Source: Seison nebaliae
Lineage: Eukaryota
Direction: 5' to 3'
Assembly: GCA_023231475.1 (NCBI GenBank)
Contig: JALJEE010000556.1
Coordinates: forward strand, 1-64,000
Length of the DNA: 64,000 nt
Shown here: piece by piece, positions 26,629 through 39,262 of the stretch
Position numbering within the stretch: the stretch's first letter is position 1
Layout of the letters: each line of letters starts with the position of its first letter
Program-made: the position numbers and the translations under genes
Notes under the pieces: model-generated
What the model saw: the letters and a program-made list of their open reading frames with translations, nothing else
Database searches by the model: none
Told to the model about the DNA's origin: nothing

Positions 26629-29389
26629 TTAAGAAAAGAAAGATTGATGGCAATCCTCCACTGATATGACGTCCAGTTGCCATTATCAAATAATTCGATT
26701 AACCGCAAATATTGGAAACCTGACATAGAATTGTAATTAATCGTTTTATCTATAAAAAATGAAGTGAAGATGGTAAAGATGGAATGAGAATGAGAAGGAA
26801 GAAGATGTAACCGTGTGAAGTTAAATAAACGATTTGATCTTGTACTTCACTTCGTCGGAGTTGGGGAAGAATGAAACGAATATCGTTCTTCTTCACCAAT
26901 TCATTGTCTTTCAAATAATCGATGAATTGTAAATATAAATCTTTTCGAATGAAAATTTTCAAACATAAAAATTCCCTGTAATGTAATTTCCATTCATCAT
27001 TAACATCGATATTCGGACGAGATTGAGATAAGAGACAATTCTTCATAGAAGTTTTATTCTTCCGAATCATTTCGTTCTGCTCTGAACATGTTTTACACAA
27101 CTCTAATGAATCGAGTGGTGAATAACCACCAAATTGCATGAACAGATATTTATAATAATTCAATGGAATATCAATCGATAATGTGGACAATAAGTGTTGA
27201 ATGGACGGATCGAGTTGATGATGAACACAAATGAAATCAGAGTTGTCGATTGGTCCTGGTTCACAACCACTCAATAACCGTTTTAACCATCGTACTGATA
27301 TTTGAGCGGTTGTCTGATGATCATAAGTGAAATTTATGTCTCTCAAATATTTGTTAAGAAGACTACGACATAAAATCAAGTTTGGTGGGGTACTCTTCCG
27401 ATAGAATAACATGAATGTCCGTTTGAAACGGAAATAATTTTTGACGTCTATTTCCGTTGCATTAATCAAAACCGTTCGAATACGATGATCATTATACTCG
27501 ATCCAATCATTGTTATTGTTGCGGACATAAGAGATATAATGACCATTTCCAATCTTCATACAATCTTTATGACATACCACACTCTTCAACTCGTAAATGG
27601 TGGAGAGATTGGGTTGTCGATCGGGAGTGACAAGAAATGGAGATAAATCAAACTTATCCATCACAATATCAATTCCTGTATCATTGTTTTTCTCCGTGTA
27701 AGGTAGGAGACATGAAGACGATGAATCCACTTCTGATAATAAATGGTCTTGTAAATGAGTAGATGATGGAATTGTATCAGGAATCGGACGAAAACCAGCT
27801 TCTGATCTCTTCAAATGTAAAACGAGAATTTGTGGCAATTTCTCTAATTTAATACATCGATCAGCATCTTGCAAACATTTGCAGTGAGGACAATAATATT
27901 GATTTTCGTTAATGAGACATTCTTTGTCACAAAACTTTTGAAGACAATGATAAATGTTGACGATATCTTTCGAATGACGATTTTCTGCCATTGAAATTTG
28001 GGTGAATAATCGGAAGAAACTATAAATGAATGGGAGAAGATAATTGAAGAGTGAGATTAGATGACATTGGATAAATGAGAAGAGTTGAATGTAAAATGGA
28101 TTCAAATAATTTTCAAGGGACCAATTCACTTTCTGTTCCAAATCTCGACATCTTTCCACTTCCTCATCATCATCATCCTCTTCCCATTCATCATTACTCT
28201 TCACTTTACAATGTCTCATTTCTTCACTATTGGGAATTGAGAGTGATAAATCGAGAAATGTTTCCGATTTCGTAGAAGTGAATCCACATTTCTTACAAAG
28301 AATATTGGATTGAAATTCTCCTTCGAATAATTCGCGAAATTTCGATCGAGTCAACACTTGTTCGTCATCCGTCTCACCATCAATGTGATGAAGAAGGTTA
28401 ATGAATTTTCTTAGATAGATGAAAGAATAATTTCCATCAACATGATCTCCATTGATTGTCTTCTCAGAAAATATGTCGATGAGTCGATTCTTTTCATTTT
28501 CATTCACTGAATAATATCGTGAATTGATTTTAATTTCCATTTCTCTTAGAATCATTTCGAACTGGATGAAAATACGATAACGATCGTTTGAATTGTATGC
28601 GAAATCTTTTAAAGAATTTTCATAATTTCCAAATTGTTCCGAATTCACAAACAACGACCATAAATTGTCGACTTCATCTTTGGATTCATTTTCAATGAAT
28701 CGATTAATTTGTCGCGTATAAAGTGGTTGGGGAATGTAGTCTATGAATAATTTCAATTGTTTATGAATCTCCAATAGACATAGATGAAATGACGATTGAA
28801 CAATGGAACATTCTTGATCGATTTCATCGATGAGATATCTTAAAAATTCTTGAGCATCTTCTTGTGAGTTGTGATAAAAGTTCGAATCTTTCAATAAGAT
28901 CTTTACCAATAAAATAATATGTTGTCGTCTATCTAATAAATTGGATGAGTCATAACACGATCGCCACATTCGATTAATGAAATGAGCGAGTGACAATGTT
29001 TTCAATTGATCTGACCGATTATAAAGTGGTCGGTAAGAAGAGAAACAATTCGCTTTCACCAATTCATTATACTCCATTTCATCTTCCGAATTATCGATTG
29101 ATAATTTGTGTGTAGTTAACATTGTCGGAATAGGTGGCAATGGTAAAGGATTCTCCTCTAATTTCTCATCTCTCTCTTTCCACTCACCATAATCTTGATC
29201 ATATTTCATCCAATCCCAATAATCGTTGATTTTCAGAAAAATGGGAAGTAGTTCACTATTGATCTCTTCGAAGATGGATAGACATTGAAGAACGGAAGAA
29301 ATATAACAAATCTGTCCATGATTCAGCACACCCACTGACAACTTCTCTTTTCGTTGTAACTCATCAACGATGATCGGATGACGAATCAT
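26629..29389 (-). CDS. Ubiquitin-specific protease, USP20/USP33-like
   Basis: Cys box GVLNHGQICYISSVLQCL, QEDAQEFLRYL, His box GNGHYISY and C-terminal DUSP-like PGPIDNSDFICVH. The short last exon and 3' end are approximate. Confidence 0.85.
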
Positions 29390-29869
29390 TTCAATCTTTC
29401 ATTCAGATAAAGATATGACGGAAAATATGAAGACTATCCAGAAAAATAAATAGTTCTCAATATGCGCTTACAATTCAAATATTTCAAATAATTCATCATT
29501 CTCTTTTTCAATGTCATTCAACTTCATTCCATTCCATCAATTTTCGATACAATTCAAAAAAAAAATTTATTTTTGTTTATCTCAATTTCAATTCTTATTT
29601 ATTCCAACTCAACAAACGTTGTTAGTTTTCTATCCTCATTAATTCTCCATTTTATTATCAATCGTCAATTATCATAAGTGTACCGTTTTCTCTATTAAAA
29701 TTCATCCTATCGGAAATGTATTATAAATTGAATTAAATAGCGAATTGGGGAAAAAAATTTAAGAGAAGAGAAAAATGTTTATATTTGAATTTTGAATAGA
29801 GAAACTAGTAATTCCAATTGTTGTTGATTGATGACATTTAAATTATTTTAATTAATTTTCAGGTTCAAC

Positions 29870-30334
29870 ATGCGAAGAACTCATTGGAAAGATCGATTCC
29901 GAAAATTTTTCGGAATTCAGAAAAAAGTTTTCAACAAGAATTTTTCCAAATAAACTTTACATTTCATGAAATTTTAGGAAACAAATCAAATTGCTAAAGT
30001 GGAACGTCGTCGTAGTATCGATACGAGCCTTCTCCATGATAGTACTCCGTTTCATTCGACCCAAATCGAGAATCGAAAACGTTTGGGATCACTGCCGAGA
30101 TTGTGTAAAATAATTTCGGTGAAAAATTCAGAATATAAAAAGTTTATTCAGGGAATTGAGAACAAGAATGAGATGGATATGGTGAACATCAGACAAAAAA
30201 CAGGACATCATATGTCTGAATTCCCAATTGCCACCCGTCCAAATGAACAAGGGGAGAAACTTCTCGTCGTGAAAAATAGTGGCAATGAAAGATATGAAGT
30301 GTTTAATGTAGTAGCAACATTGAAAATGGATTAA
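29870..30334 (+). CDS. Small uncharacterised protein, probably 2 exons
   Basis: ATG at 29870 (MRRTHWKDRF...) can splice over a short intron into ORF 29999-30334; no family recognised. Confidence 0.4.
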
Positions 30335-30805
30335 TTTCATTCAAATTCCAAAATTTTTTTTTCGTCGTCGAATATGAAGATGTTGAGAATGTGTCTCGAT
30401 AATTCAATAATTTATTCAACAAATTCAAATTTTCTTATTCATTGAACAATTTCAATTTTTTTTATTTATTGAACAAAATATTTTTCTTATAATTTATTCA
30501 ATTTCTTCCTTCATTCTAATTTTAATAAATATTCATTAAAATTATAAATAATTTCATTTTATTTTTAACGAAATAACACCTATAAAAATAATAATCAAAT
30601 AGAATAGCAATAAAACGAATATTTACATCTTTCCCATATTTCATGACAATTCCACAATACGATTATGATGACATATTCATTATTTTTCTCTCATCATTTC
30701 TCATTCTTTGTCGATTTTTTATCAATTTTCTTCTTATTTGCAAGTTCTTCTTTCTCAACATTCTTTTTATTCGTCGTGGAATCGGATAACATGGAAATCG
30801 TCTTC

Positions 30806-32613
30806 TCATCCACTTGACGTGGATCGATCTGTGGATTGTGAATGAGGAATTTGATCTTTTCCCAAAGTTCTACCAGATGACGAGAAAGAAAGAGAAGTGT
30901 TAAGAAAAGAATTTTTTGATTTTTTGGAATAGTGTCAAGTTGTTATGGTTGGAGGAGGCGGAAGAAAAGTCGTATTGTTTCTCTTCCTCTTCAAATGCTT
31001 TCTCTCGATCCATTTGTCGAACATACTCATCTGAAGAATAGAAACGTAACACGAATTTTCAGGTAAAAATAAGATGTATTTGTTCAAAGTCTCCTCAACA
31101 ACAAACTCAACTTTCATCGCTGGGGATGAGAAAGAAAGAAAGAGAAAAATCATATTAACCGTTATGTTCATCTAATCCATTCACTTGACCATTCACGTCT
31201 GTTTCGGTCGCCGCTAACATCAACGATAATTTTTTTTGTTCTTCTGATAATTTACTGAAACAGAGAGAGAATTTGAGATAAATTATTTTTATGAGAAAAA
31301 GTTCACTTTGGCACTTTGATTTCCACATGAAGATAATGATCACCATAAGATGAGGAATAAACACTCTTAATTCCCTTACCGGTCAAACGGAATTTCGAAT
31401 GAGATTTCGTCAGTGCAGGAATTTTCAGTTCACTTTGTCCATACAATCCTCGAAAGCGAACCGTTCCACCTAACAGTGCTTGTCCAATCGTAATTTGAAC
31501 GTCCGAATGTAAATCGTCTTTTTCCCGCCGAAAATATTTTGACGGTTTCACTTTGAAAGTGATGAATATCTCCTGATTCTGTAAACCGTTGGACGATGGA
31601 ACGGCCACTCTCAATGTCTGTCCATTCGCCACACCAGCTGGAATGGCAACGGAAATTTTCCTACTCTGAACTGCTTTACCTTTCCCAAAACATTCGGAGC
31701 ATTTCCTCGGAATAATTTCACCTCGACCCTGACACGTTCGACAAGTCGTTCTCATGAAAAATGGTCCTTGTTGTAGACTTTCCATACCACTTCCATTGCA
31801 TGTTCGACATGTTTGTGGTGCATATCCAGGTGCACATTTATTACCGTTACATTTGGGACAAGTATCCACAACTTGAACGGTGACATCTTTGGTGAGACCT
31901 CGACAAGCTTCTTCGAATGACAAAGTCATCGAAATTTGAGATGTTGGCGAATGTGCGTCATAGGATTCCTCGTACTCATTGGAATTGAAGAAATCAGCGA
32001 ACGGATTTTGATTTGATGAACGTTGAGAACGATTATTTCGGAATGCATCACCAAAAATCGTTTTAAATAATTCCTCCGGATCTACCTGACTATGATATTG
32101 CCATGACTCATTCGTCGATTGATTTTGCCTTTGCCATTGTGATGCATGTGATGATTGACGTTGTTGTTGTTGTTGTTGTTGTTGTTGGGAAGTTCTTCCG
32201 AACATATCATATTGTTGTCGTCGATTATCGTCACTTAATACTTCATAAGCTTCAGAAATCTCTTGGAATTTCTTTGAAGCATTTTTATCATTTGGTTTGA
32301 CATCTGGATGATATTTCTTCGCCATATTATAATACGCTTTCTTTATATCGCGTTGAGAGGATTTTCGGTCAACTCCTAAAATTTTATAATAATCTCCACT
32401 TACCATCCCATGAGGAGTTGTGTTGGAAATTGATCGTTTCAGATCAACGAAACATTTATTAGAGGAAGGAGAAAGGGTGATAAATCCATTTGATGGAAAG
32501 GACGATAAATGGCGAATATGAGAAGTCGATTTGCCTATTGAAATGGAAGTGGCAAACGGTTGGAGAACAATAGTTCCGATTCGATGAGGAACTTGTTGAA
32601 AACATCGAAACAT
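30806..32613 (-). CDS. DNAJA3: Mitochondrial DnaJ, DNAJA3/Tid1 ortholog
   Basis: Presequence-like N-terminus, J domain ([13 protein letters not shown]), [12 protein letters not shown], four CxxCxGxG-type repeats and C-terminal domain. A spliced tail contains LFQKIKNSF; the 3' end is approximate. Confidence 0.92.
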
Positions 32614-33426
32614 TTTCTATGAGTCTCTCACTAAAATAATTATTGAAAGAAATTTAACAGAAATCCATTGGAAATCTAATGCAACTCTCTATAACATTCG
32701 GTAATACACAAAAGCTTAAATTTTATTTCTTTCAAATAACGTCACCAACAACGGACCGTTTTTCAAATTACCCGCCAATCGAAATATCTTTATTGCTCAC
32801 TCAATTTTAACATTACTACAATAAAGACTTATACATTTAATGATCCTTCAACAAAAAGTTACTATGAATAATGAATTGGGCAAACAGATACTAATTCCCC
32901 ACCATTCCATCAATTTCTATTGAGCAGAAAGGAAAAACATGTCAAATTATTAATTTTTAATCGTTCTGAAAGGGAAAAAAATAATTGTTTGGCAATTCTC
33001 TCGGAATAAATCTCTTCCATGCTACGATTTCTTTCGAATACAATTGAACATAATGATATCAAAATAATTATGTAGTAGTATATATTAAGAGATGAAAACT
33101 TGTAATTCTTCAATTTTCATTTTTGAATGATTCAAAATACATTTTGAATATAGAAGAAGGAAATGATGAGGAATTAGTAGAAATGCATTTTGAACGTTCA
33201 GCCGAAAGTTCGAGAGAGACATAAAGATAAAAATGTCAAGAATGACAATAAGATTGAACTAGATTGACGTTTGATACTGGCGCATTTTCCAAATTAGGAA
33301 ACTAACTGACATTGATGTACAAGAGATAGACAGAATAAGATTTCTTTGTAATTCTGTAAATTGGACAATTTCCATTCGGTACGATCATTTCTTTCTCTCT
33401 CACGATTGTTTTGGAGGAAGTGAAAT

Positions 33427-35415
33427 ATGAATTTGTATAATGTGAACAATATAGGCGATAGTAGTCGGACGATTAACGGGAAGCATTCGGATTTATTCGG
33501 TCAGTATTATATCGGTGAGACGATTGGTTCAGGCGGTTTTGCCAAAGTCAAATGTGGTCAACACATCGCCACTAATATTGATGTGGCAATAAAGATCATG
33601 GATAAGGAATGTTTAGGAGATGATTTACATCGAGCTAAAGTGGAAATCGAGACATTGATGGATTTGCAACATCAACATATCTGTCGACTACTTCACGTGA
33701 TGGAGACGGAGAGTCGAATTTATTTAATAATCGAATATTGTAATGGTGGTGAATTGTTTGATTATATCGTGCAACATGATCGTTTAGATGAAAAAGAGAC
33801 GAGGAAAATCTTTCGTCAATTAATCAGTGCACTATCTTATATTCATGCGAAAGGTTATGCCCATCGAGATATCAAACCGGAGAATATTTTGTTGGACAGT
33901 GAACGGAATGTGAAACTGATAGATTTCGGTTTATGTGCCAATCCGTGTGGTGGATTGAATGCTAATAATTTGAGAACAGCTTGTGGATCACCAGCTTACG
34001 CTGCACCAGAATTGATTTCAGGGAAAGAATATAACGGCAGTTCCATCGATATGTGGAGTGCTGGAGTACTTTTATACACCGTTCTTTGTGGTTATTTACC
34101 ATTCGACCATGAGAATGCATCGAGAATTTATCATAAAATTTTGAATGAAGATTTTGATCGGCCTGCTCATCTCTCACCGAATGCTATCGATTTGATCAAT
34201 CGATTATTGGAGAAAGATCCATCGAAACGGTTGAAAATGAATGAAGTGATTATTCATCCTTTTATGACAGACGATGGGAACTCATCAATGGAATTCCATT
34301 CGGTTTATGATGGACAAGTTTCAGACGATGTTTTCGATTATCTTTCCCAACTCTACAAGATGTCGAGAGAAGAAGTAAAGGAAAGGGTTGTGGACGAGAA
34401 GAGAATTTTTCAGAAAGCTCGTCCAACACTCAACGATAATTGTCTGGCAAATATCACGATAGAAATGGACCATGAATCCGTCAATCGTCGACGTATTCGT
34501 GAACATTATAATCGAAACTTCTCTATAATCGAAAGGAGACGTTTGTGCACTTATGCTTATTCTCGTGCACTTCATTTCCATGCCAATACTTCCTACTTCA
34601 TGTCAACATTCAATATTCTCCACATGAAAATGTCATTGGATAAGAATTATCAACTGAAATTTCCTACCGACATTAGACGATCCATCGAATTATTCAATAA
34701 TCTCCGATCAATTTATCATGAAGGCGTTGGAGAAGTTCACTTGAATAAAAAACAAGTACCACCAGAAGCAAATCTTCTCCTTCCTAATCGATTTGTCACT
34801 CCAACGAAATATTCACAAATCGAACCCGACGAAAATCGGGAACCATTAACACCGAAAAAAATCGAAGTTTTCGGTGACGGAACAAATTCCATTTGTACTT
34901 TCTACACTCCAGCAATCCATTCGAATAAGAGTTCCACCAAACGAAGATTAGGCAAAGCGATGAATGCCATGAAGAATATAATTCATTGGGATCTCGAACG
35001 TACGCCCACTAATGGTAGAAATGGTCATTTCATTGAATGCAATTCAACCAACAAACCATCGAAACAATATTTCCATCAAACCACTAATGAATTGGAACAA
35101 AAGAAGAAACCGAGAAAGTTACGAGATACGAATAATATCGTCCCAATCAATCATAATGATAATGCCGATGATCTAAATTCGAAATTATTGTCAATCATCA
35201 CTTCATTACATCTCGATTGTTCACGTTGTTCTTACACCACTCGAATCTTCATCAAAGACGATTGGGGTAAAACGGTTTTAGCCTTCGATATGGAAATTGT
35301 TCAATTACCAAACAATTATTTTGGAGTGAAAGGTAAACGTGTAATTGGTGATATATGGAATTATAAAGGCACCTTTAAGAACATCATCCAAAAACTGGCA
35401 AACGTCACTTCTTAG
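33427..35415 (+). CDS. MELK: MELK-like AMPK-related Ser/Thr kinase with C-terminal KA1 domain
   Basis: IGSGGFAKVK, AIKIMDK.CLGDDL, HQHICRL, YAHRDIKPEN, LIDFGLCA and ACGSPAYAAPEL; KA1-like KRVIGDIWNYK; intronless. Confidence 0.9.
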   Translation: MNLYNVNNIGDSSRTINGKHSDLFGQYYIGETIGSGGFAKVKCGQHIATNIDVAIKIMDKECLGDDLHRAKVEIETLMDLQHQHICRLLHVMETESRIYLIIEYCNGGELFDYIVQHDRLDEKETRKIFRQLISALSYIHAKGYAHRDIKPENILLDSERNVKLIDFGLCANPCGGLNANNLRTACGSPAYAAPELISGKEYNGSSIDMWSAGVLLYTVLCGYLPFDHENASRIYHKILNEDFDRPAHLSPNAIDLINRLLEKDPSKRLKMNEVIIHPFMTDDGNSSMEFHSVYDGQVSDDVFDYLSQLYKMSREEVKERVVDEKRIFQKARPTLNDNCLANITIEMDHESVNRRRIREHYNRNFSIIERRRLCTYAYSRALHFHANTSYFMSTFNILHMKMSLDKNYQLKFPTDIRRSIELFNNLRSIYHEGVGEVHLNKKQVPPEANLLLPNRFVTPTKYSQIEPDENREPLTPKKIEVFGDGTNSICTFYTPAIHSNKSSTKRRLGKAMNAMKNIIHWDLERTPTNGRNGHFIECNSTNKPSKQYFHQTTNELEQKKKPRKLRDTNNIVPINHNDNADDLNSKLLSIITSLHLDCSRCSYTTRIFIKDDWGKTVLAFDMEIVQLPNNYFGVKGKRVIGDIWNYKGTFKNIIQKLANVTS

Positions 35416-35734
35416 GGAAGATGAAAACGATCCTTTAATTTATTAATTCTGTTCTTTAAATTATTCAATTTTCATCATTTCTCTTTTGTATAAATCATTA
35501 TCAGTTTCTCTCATTCAATTCGCAATTTTTCATATAAATTTTTGTTGTCTATTATTCATTCACATTCAATAAGACTTTCTCCCAGTCTTTCATTTCATAC
35601 TCCATTAATCTTTTCCAAATCGAATTACATTTCAGTCAAACTCAGTAATTAGAAAATTGGATAGAATTGGATGGACATGTTCATATTTCCAATTCCTAAA
35701 TAAGAAAGGTAAATAAGAGTAACTAAAATATTAT

Positions 35735-35806
35735 CTCCCACGCCGGGAATTGAACCCGGGCGGTCTCCGTGAAAAGGCGAAATCCTAACTCCTAGACCAC
35801 ACGGGA
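35735..35806 (-). tRNA. tRNA-Glu(TTC), possibly degenerate
   Basis: TCCCGTG TGGTCTAGGAGTTAGGATT TCGCC TT-TTC-AC GGAGA CCGC CCGGG TTCAATT CCCGG CGTGGGA G folds as a cloverleaf with one G-A mismatch in the anticodon stem. Confidence 0.85.
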
Positions 35807-36149
35807 ATATTCTATTTCGAACTTTATTCTAAATATTTAAACGATTATAAATTTAAGTTGACAAAAATGCTATCCGCATAGTTTTTAACATATCCTGATT
35901 ATTTTATGAAAATTTGACATGAAAAAGGGAGAAAAAATTAATGTCTTCCTCGGTGTCAATAAAAAGTCGTAATTGATCGAGGTATTCGTCATCGAATTGT
36001 AGTGAGAAAGTAGAATCGTATGTGAAGATAAAATATTTGAAAACGGTAAAAGAACTGTCTCGAGATAACCCATAATATCTGATAGTATATGTGAAAGCAG
36101 AATGGTTGAAAAGGGTAGATTGGGGAAGAATGACTGACCAGTAAATCGA

Positions 36150-36680
36150 AATTGTTAAATTTAGCAATAAGAGAAAAAATACGACGGCACAAAAGAATGG
36201 GAAGTGGTAAGAAATTGACTCTTGAGAAAAGAAGTGATGAACGAAAAATGAAAAACCGTATCAGATTGAAGAACACGAATAAACTTGATGAGGAACTACA
36301 AATCATCGTAAAATACATCACACCAATCATCAATGAAGAAAGAATGTTCCACATAAATGATGAGTTACATTCCCACGAATTCAACGAAACAGAAATAACA
36401 GAAGCGTTCGCTCAGTTGAGAAGCTACTGTTCACATGGTTTTGATCAAATATGTTTACAACTATTGAAACATCTGAATAAAGAAAAAATCAATAAATTAA
36501 GAACATTTATAAACAATAACCTCAAATCGAATAAAATGCCCCAGGAAATATTCCAAAACATACTTTGATTTTTATCCCCAAAAAAGGAAAACCTGCCAAT
36601 GAAACGAAAAATCTTCGTCCAATATCAATTGATTCAACACCTTTAAAACTGATCAAAAAAATGATTTTTAACCGACCAGA
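36150..36680 (+). mobile_element. Non-LTR (LINE) reverse transcriptase fragment
   Basis: FNETEITEAFAQLR..SHGFDQI..LLKHL, then after a frameshift IPKKGKP..KNLRPISIDSTPLKLIKKMIFNR, typical of the N-terminal RT domains. Confidence 0.8.
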
Positions 36681-36918
36681 GAAACAAACAAAATTCATCC
36701 TACTGTCATTCAGTTTTCAAAAGAGAAAACAATGTTAAATGGCGACAATTTTCGTCAAACTTTTATGCCTGGCCAGAAAACAAGCCAAACAAAAAACATA
36801 AAATTTCAACAAAGTTTTGATAAATAATGGGTTTTTTATTATATTATTTTTGGTTAAACGTAAATTGAAGTACTTAACATTAAAATAATAAAATTATGCA
36901 ATTAACCAACAATTACTC

Positions 36919-37380
36919 TTATTGTATCTTCAATAATAAAACAAAGTTTCCATTGATAATTATTAAGAGCTGTGTTTCTCTCAATTGGAACGCAAGTAGC
37001 AGATATTGACGAATGTAATTCACGACTTTCTTGCATTCAGCTATCATTTTTTTAATTTCAGCACTGGAATCGATACACTTTTTTAGTGGGATTTGATATG
37101 AGTGAATAATACAGCCGGAATGATTGTAATTTCTGAAAGCGACTACCACATTTGCCGCAGAATCAGAACAAATATTGACAATGTTCTTCTCAATGGAATA
37201 TCGTTCACGTAGTTCCTCCAGTTTTTCACCGATGCTTTGGGAAGTATGAGAAATGTTTAATGGAAGTATATCTGCACAAAATTTTAATATCTTTCCATCC
37301 GTACCCAAAATACCAATTAAAAATGCGATAAATCGTGAACGTACATGACTCCAGCAATCACTAGTTATGAGACAAAGTCC
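36919..37380 (-). mobile_element. hAT transposase fragment
   Basis: ITSDCW, SHTSQSI, CSDSAANV and GCIIH match the hAT catalytic D..D and CxxH motifs; truncated at both ends. Confidence 0.8.
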
Positions 37381-37416
37381 GATTTGTTAGTTAGAAAAAA
37401 GTTTTATTGAAGTTAT

Positions 37417-37488
37417 TCCCATGTGGTCTAGAGTTTAGGATTTCGCCCTCTCACGGCGACGGCCCGGGTTCGATTCCCGACGTGGGAG
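37417..37488 (+). tRNA. tRNA-Glu(CTC)
   Basis: TCCCATG TGGTCTAGAGTTTAGGATT TCGCC CT-CTC-AC GGCGA CGGC CCGGG TTCGATT CCCGA CGTGGGA G, followed by an oligo-T terminator; one T-stem mismatch. Confidence 0.9.
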
Positions 37489-38615
37489 ATAGTTTTTTAA
37501 GTTACTCTTATTTTCTTTTTAAGTATTTATCTTTCGCAATAACGCCATTTCCCATATTTGAGGAATTTCCCATTGTTGAGGAATAAGATTTATGGAGCAT
37601 AAAACGAAAGACAATTATATTTTGAGAACCAGATATTTGACAAAGTTCAATGAAAAATATATTAAAAATCCACCGCTCTATCCAATTCAAATAATACTTT
37701 TTTTGCATTTTATAGTCCTAATGTGCACGTCCCTCAGCAAACTAAAAAGTGCATCCATTTGAAGATTACAAGTCAGATTGTCAAATAAAAAACAAAAGTT
37801 TCATATTAGCGATATGATTATAGCCTGGACACACTTCTTATAAACAGATTGTTTTAATTGCAATGATGTCGCATGGTGTAGATCATTTTCACATTTCGTC
37901 ATAGTTCTAGAACAGTCCTGAAATGGAATAATTTTGAAAATACTTGTAAAACTCCTTTAATTTTCACATGAAAATTACAATTATTCTCAAATTTTATGTT
38001 CATTACGTTACTTGAAAAGAAAAGTTTTATAAGAGTTAAAACGTCTAACATTATAGGTATTATATACAGCTGTATTCAAAAGTAATCGAACAGAATTCGA
38101 TATTTTTTAAATGCTCATAACTTTCTTCAAATAGCACTTTCAAATGTATATGTAAAGGCACCTTAGAAATTGACCCTCGATAAATAAAAAACTTAAATCA
38201 AAATTTACACCAAATTCAGACATGTATTAGAATTTATCACTTCATTTAGTCTTCATTTAGCTGTTAATTTTAAACTTTTATTGACAGTGATTCGGATTTT
38301 ATTTGATAAACAGCCTAAATAGTAATATGGATTATTTTATATTTTTGGTTTCGGAACGAAAAAGAATTCCAGGAATGGTGAAAAGAAGAAATCCGATAAT
38401 TGAAATTTCAATAATTTTCTGAAATAGAATTCCACCAACTTAAATCGTATATGAATGTGACTTTCCAATCATAGGGTAGTTTTTCCTTCTAGAAAGTCGT
38501 GATTAATTTATTGGAATATTCTTATTAGATTTCACGTTTTTGGATGATTAGATATTTTGGATAATCAGTTCTCAAAAATTAAATAATGTCAAAATTTCAT
38601 TTGGAAGAAATTAAT

Positions 38616-38921
38616 TTAGATTCGATAATTTTTTTGTAATTTAAGTTCGTTGTAATCTTTCGAAATTTTCTCAAAGATTTTTTCCATTGGATTGATTTCA
38701 GTTTCCACATTCATTTGGTCTTTCATCATCAGGATTTGTTTCTGTAATACATGTAATTCATATTGTAATACTTCAAGATTTCCCATATATTTCGTGTATG
38801 AATTTCGAATATTTCTCTTCCTTTCGTCCATTAACTTCGCATTTTTATATTTATTTTCGTAAAATAGTTTGTTTATGTCATCCTCCATTTTTTTCGATGA
38901 TTGTCTTTTCGGTACTTTCAT
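38616..38921 (-). CDS. Small putative coiled-coil protein
   Basis: 101-aa ATG-initiated ORF with charged, heptad-like composition; no family recognised. Confidence 0.35.
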   Translation of the reverse strand: MKVPKRQSSKKMEDDINKLFYENKYKNAKLMDERKRNIRNSYTKYMGNLEVLQYELHVLQKQILMMKDQMNVETEINPMEKIFEKISKDYNELKLQKNYRI

Positions 38922-39262
38922 TTATATGAATGATGATGGACTTTGATCTTCGTTAGATCACATAATTTTCGTTAATAAAATAAATAAATATTTATTTCGA
39001 TCATTTCTTAAATATATTTCAACTCACTTTAAAACTATTACTAAAATGAAACACAAACCAAATTTTTTAATTTCTATCAAGTAAAAAACTTCAGATTGTC
39101 TATAAGACAGACTATTAAATTGAGTCAATTGGAAAAGATGAATAATTTGAATGCGCGTGAAAAAGTGAAACACTTCAATAAAATTTGTAAATTCTTTTGA
39201 ATATTGAAATATGTTTGAAATTTGAACGTCAAGCTTTCAACTTGGATTTCATTCAATACTTA

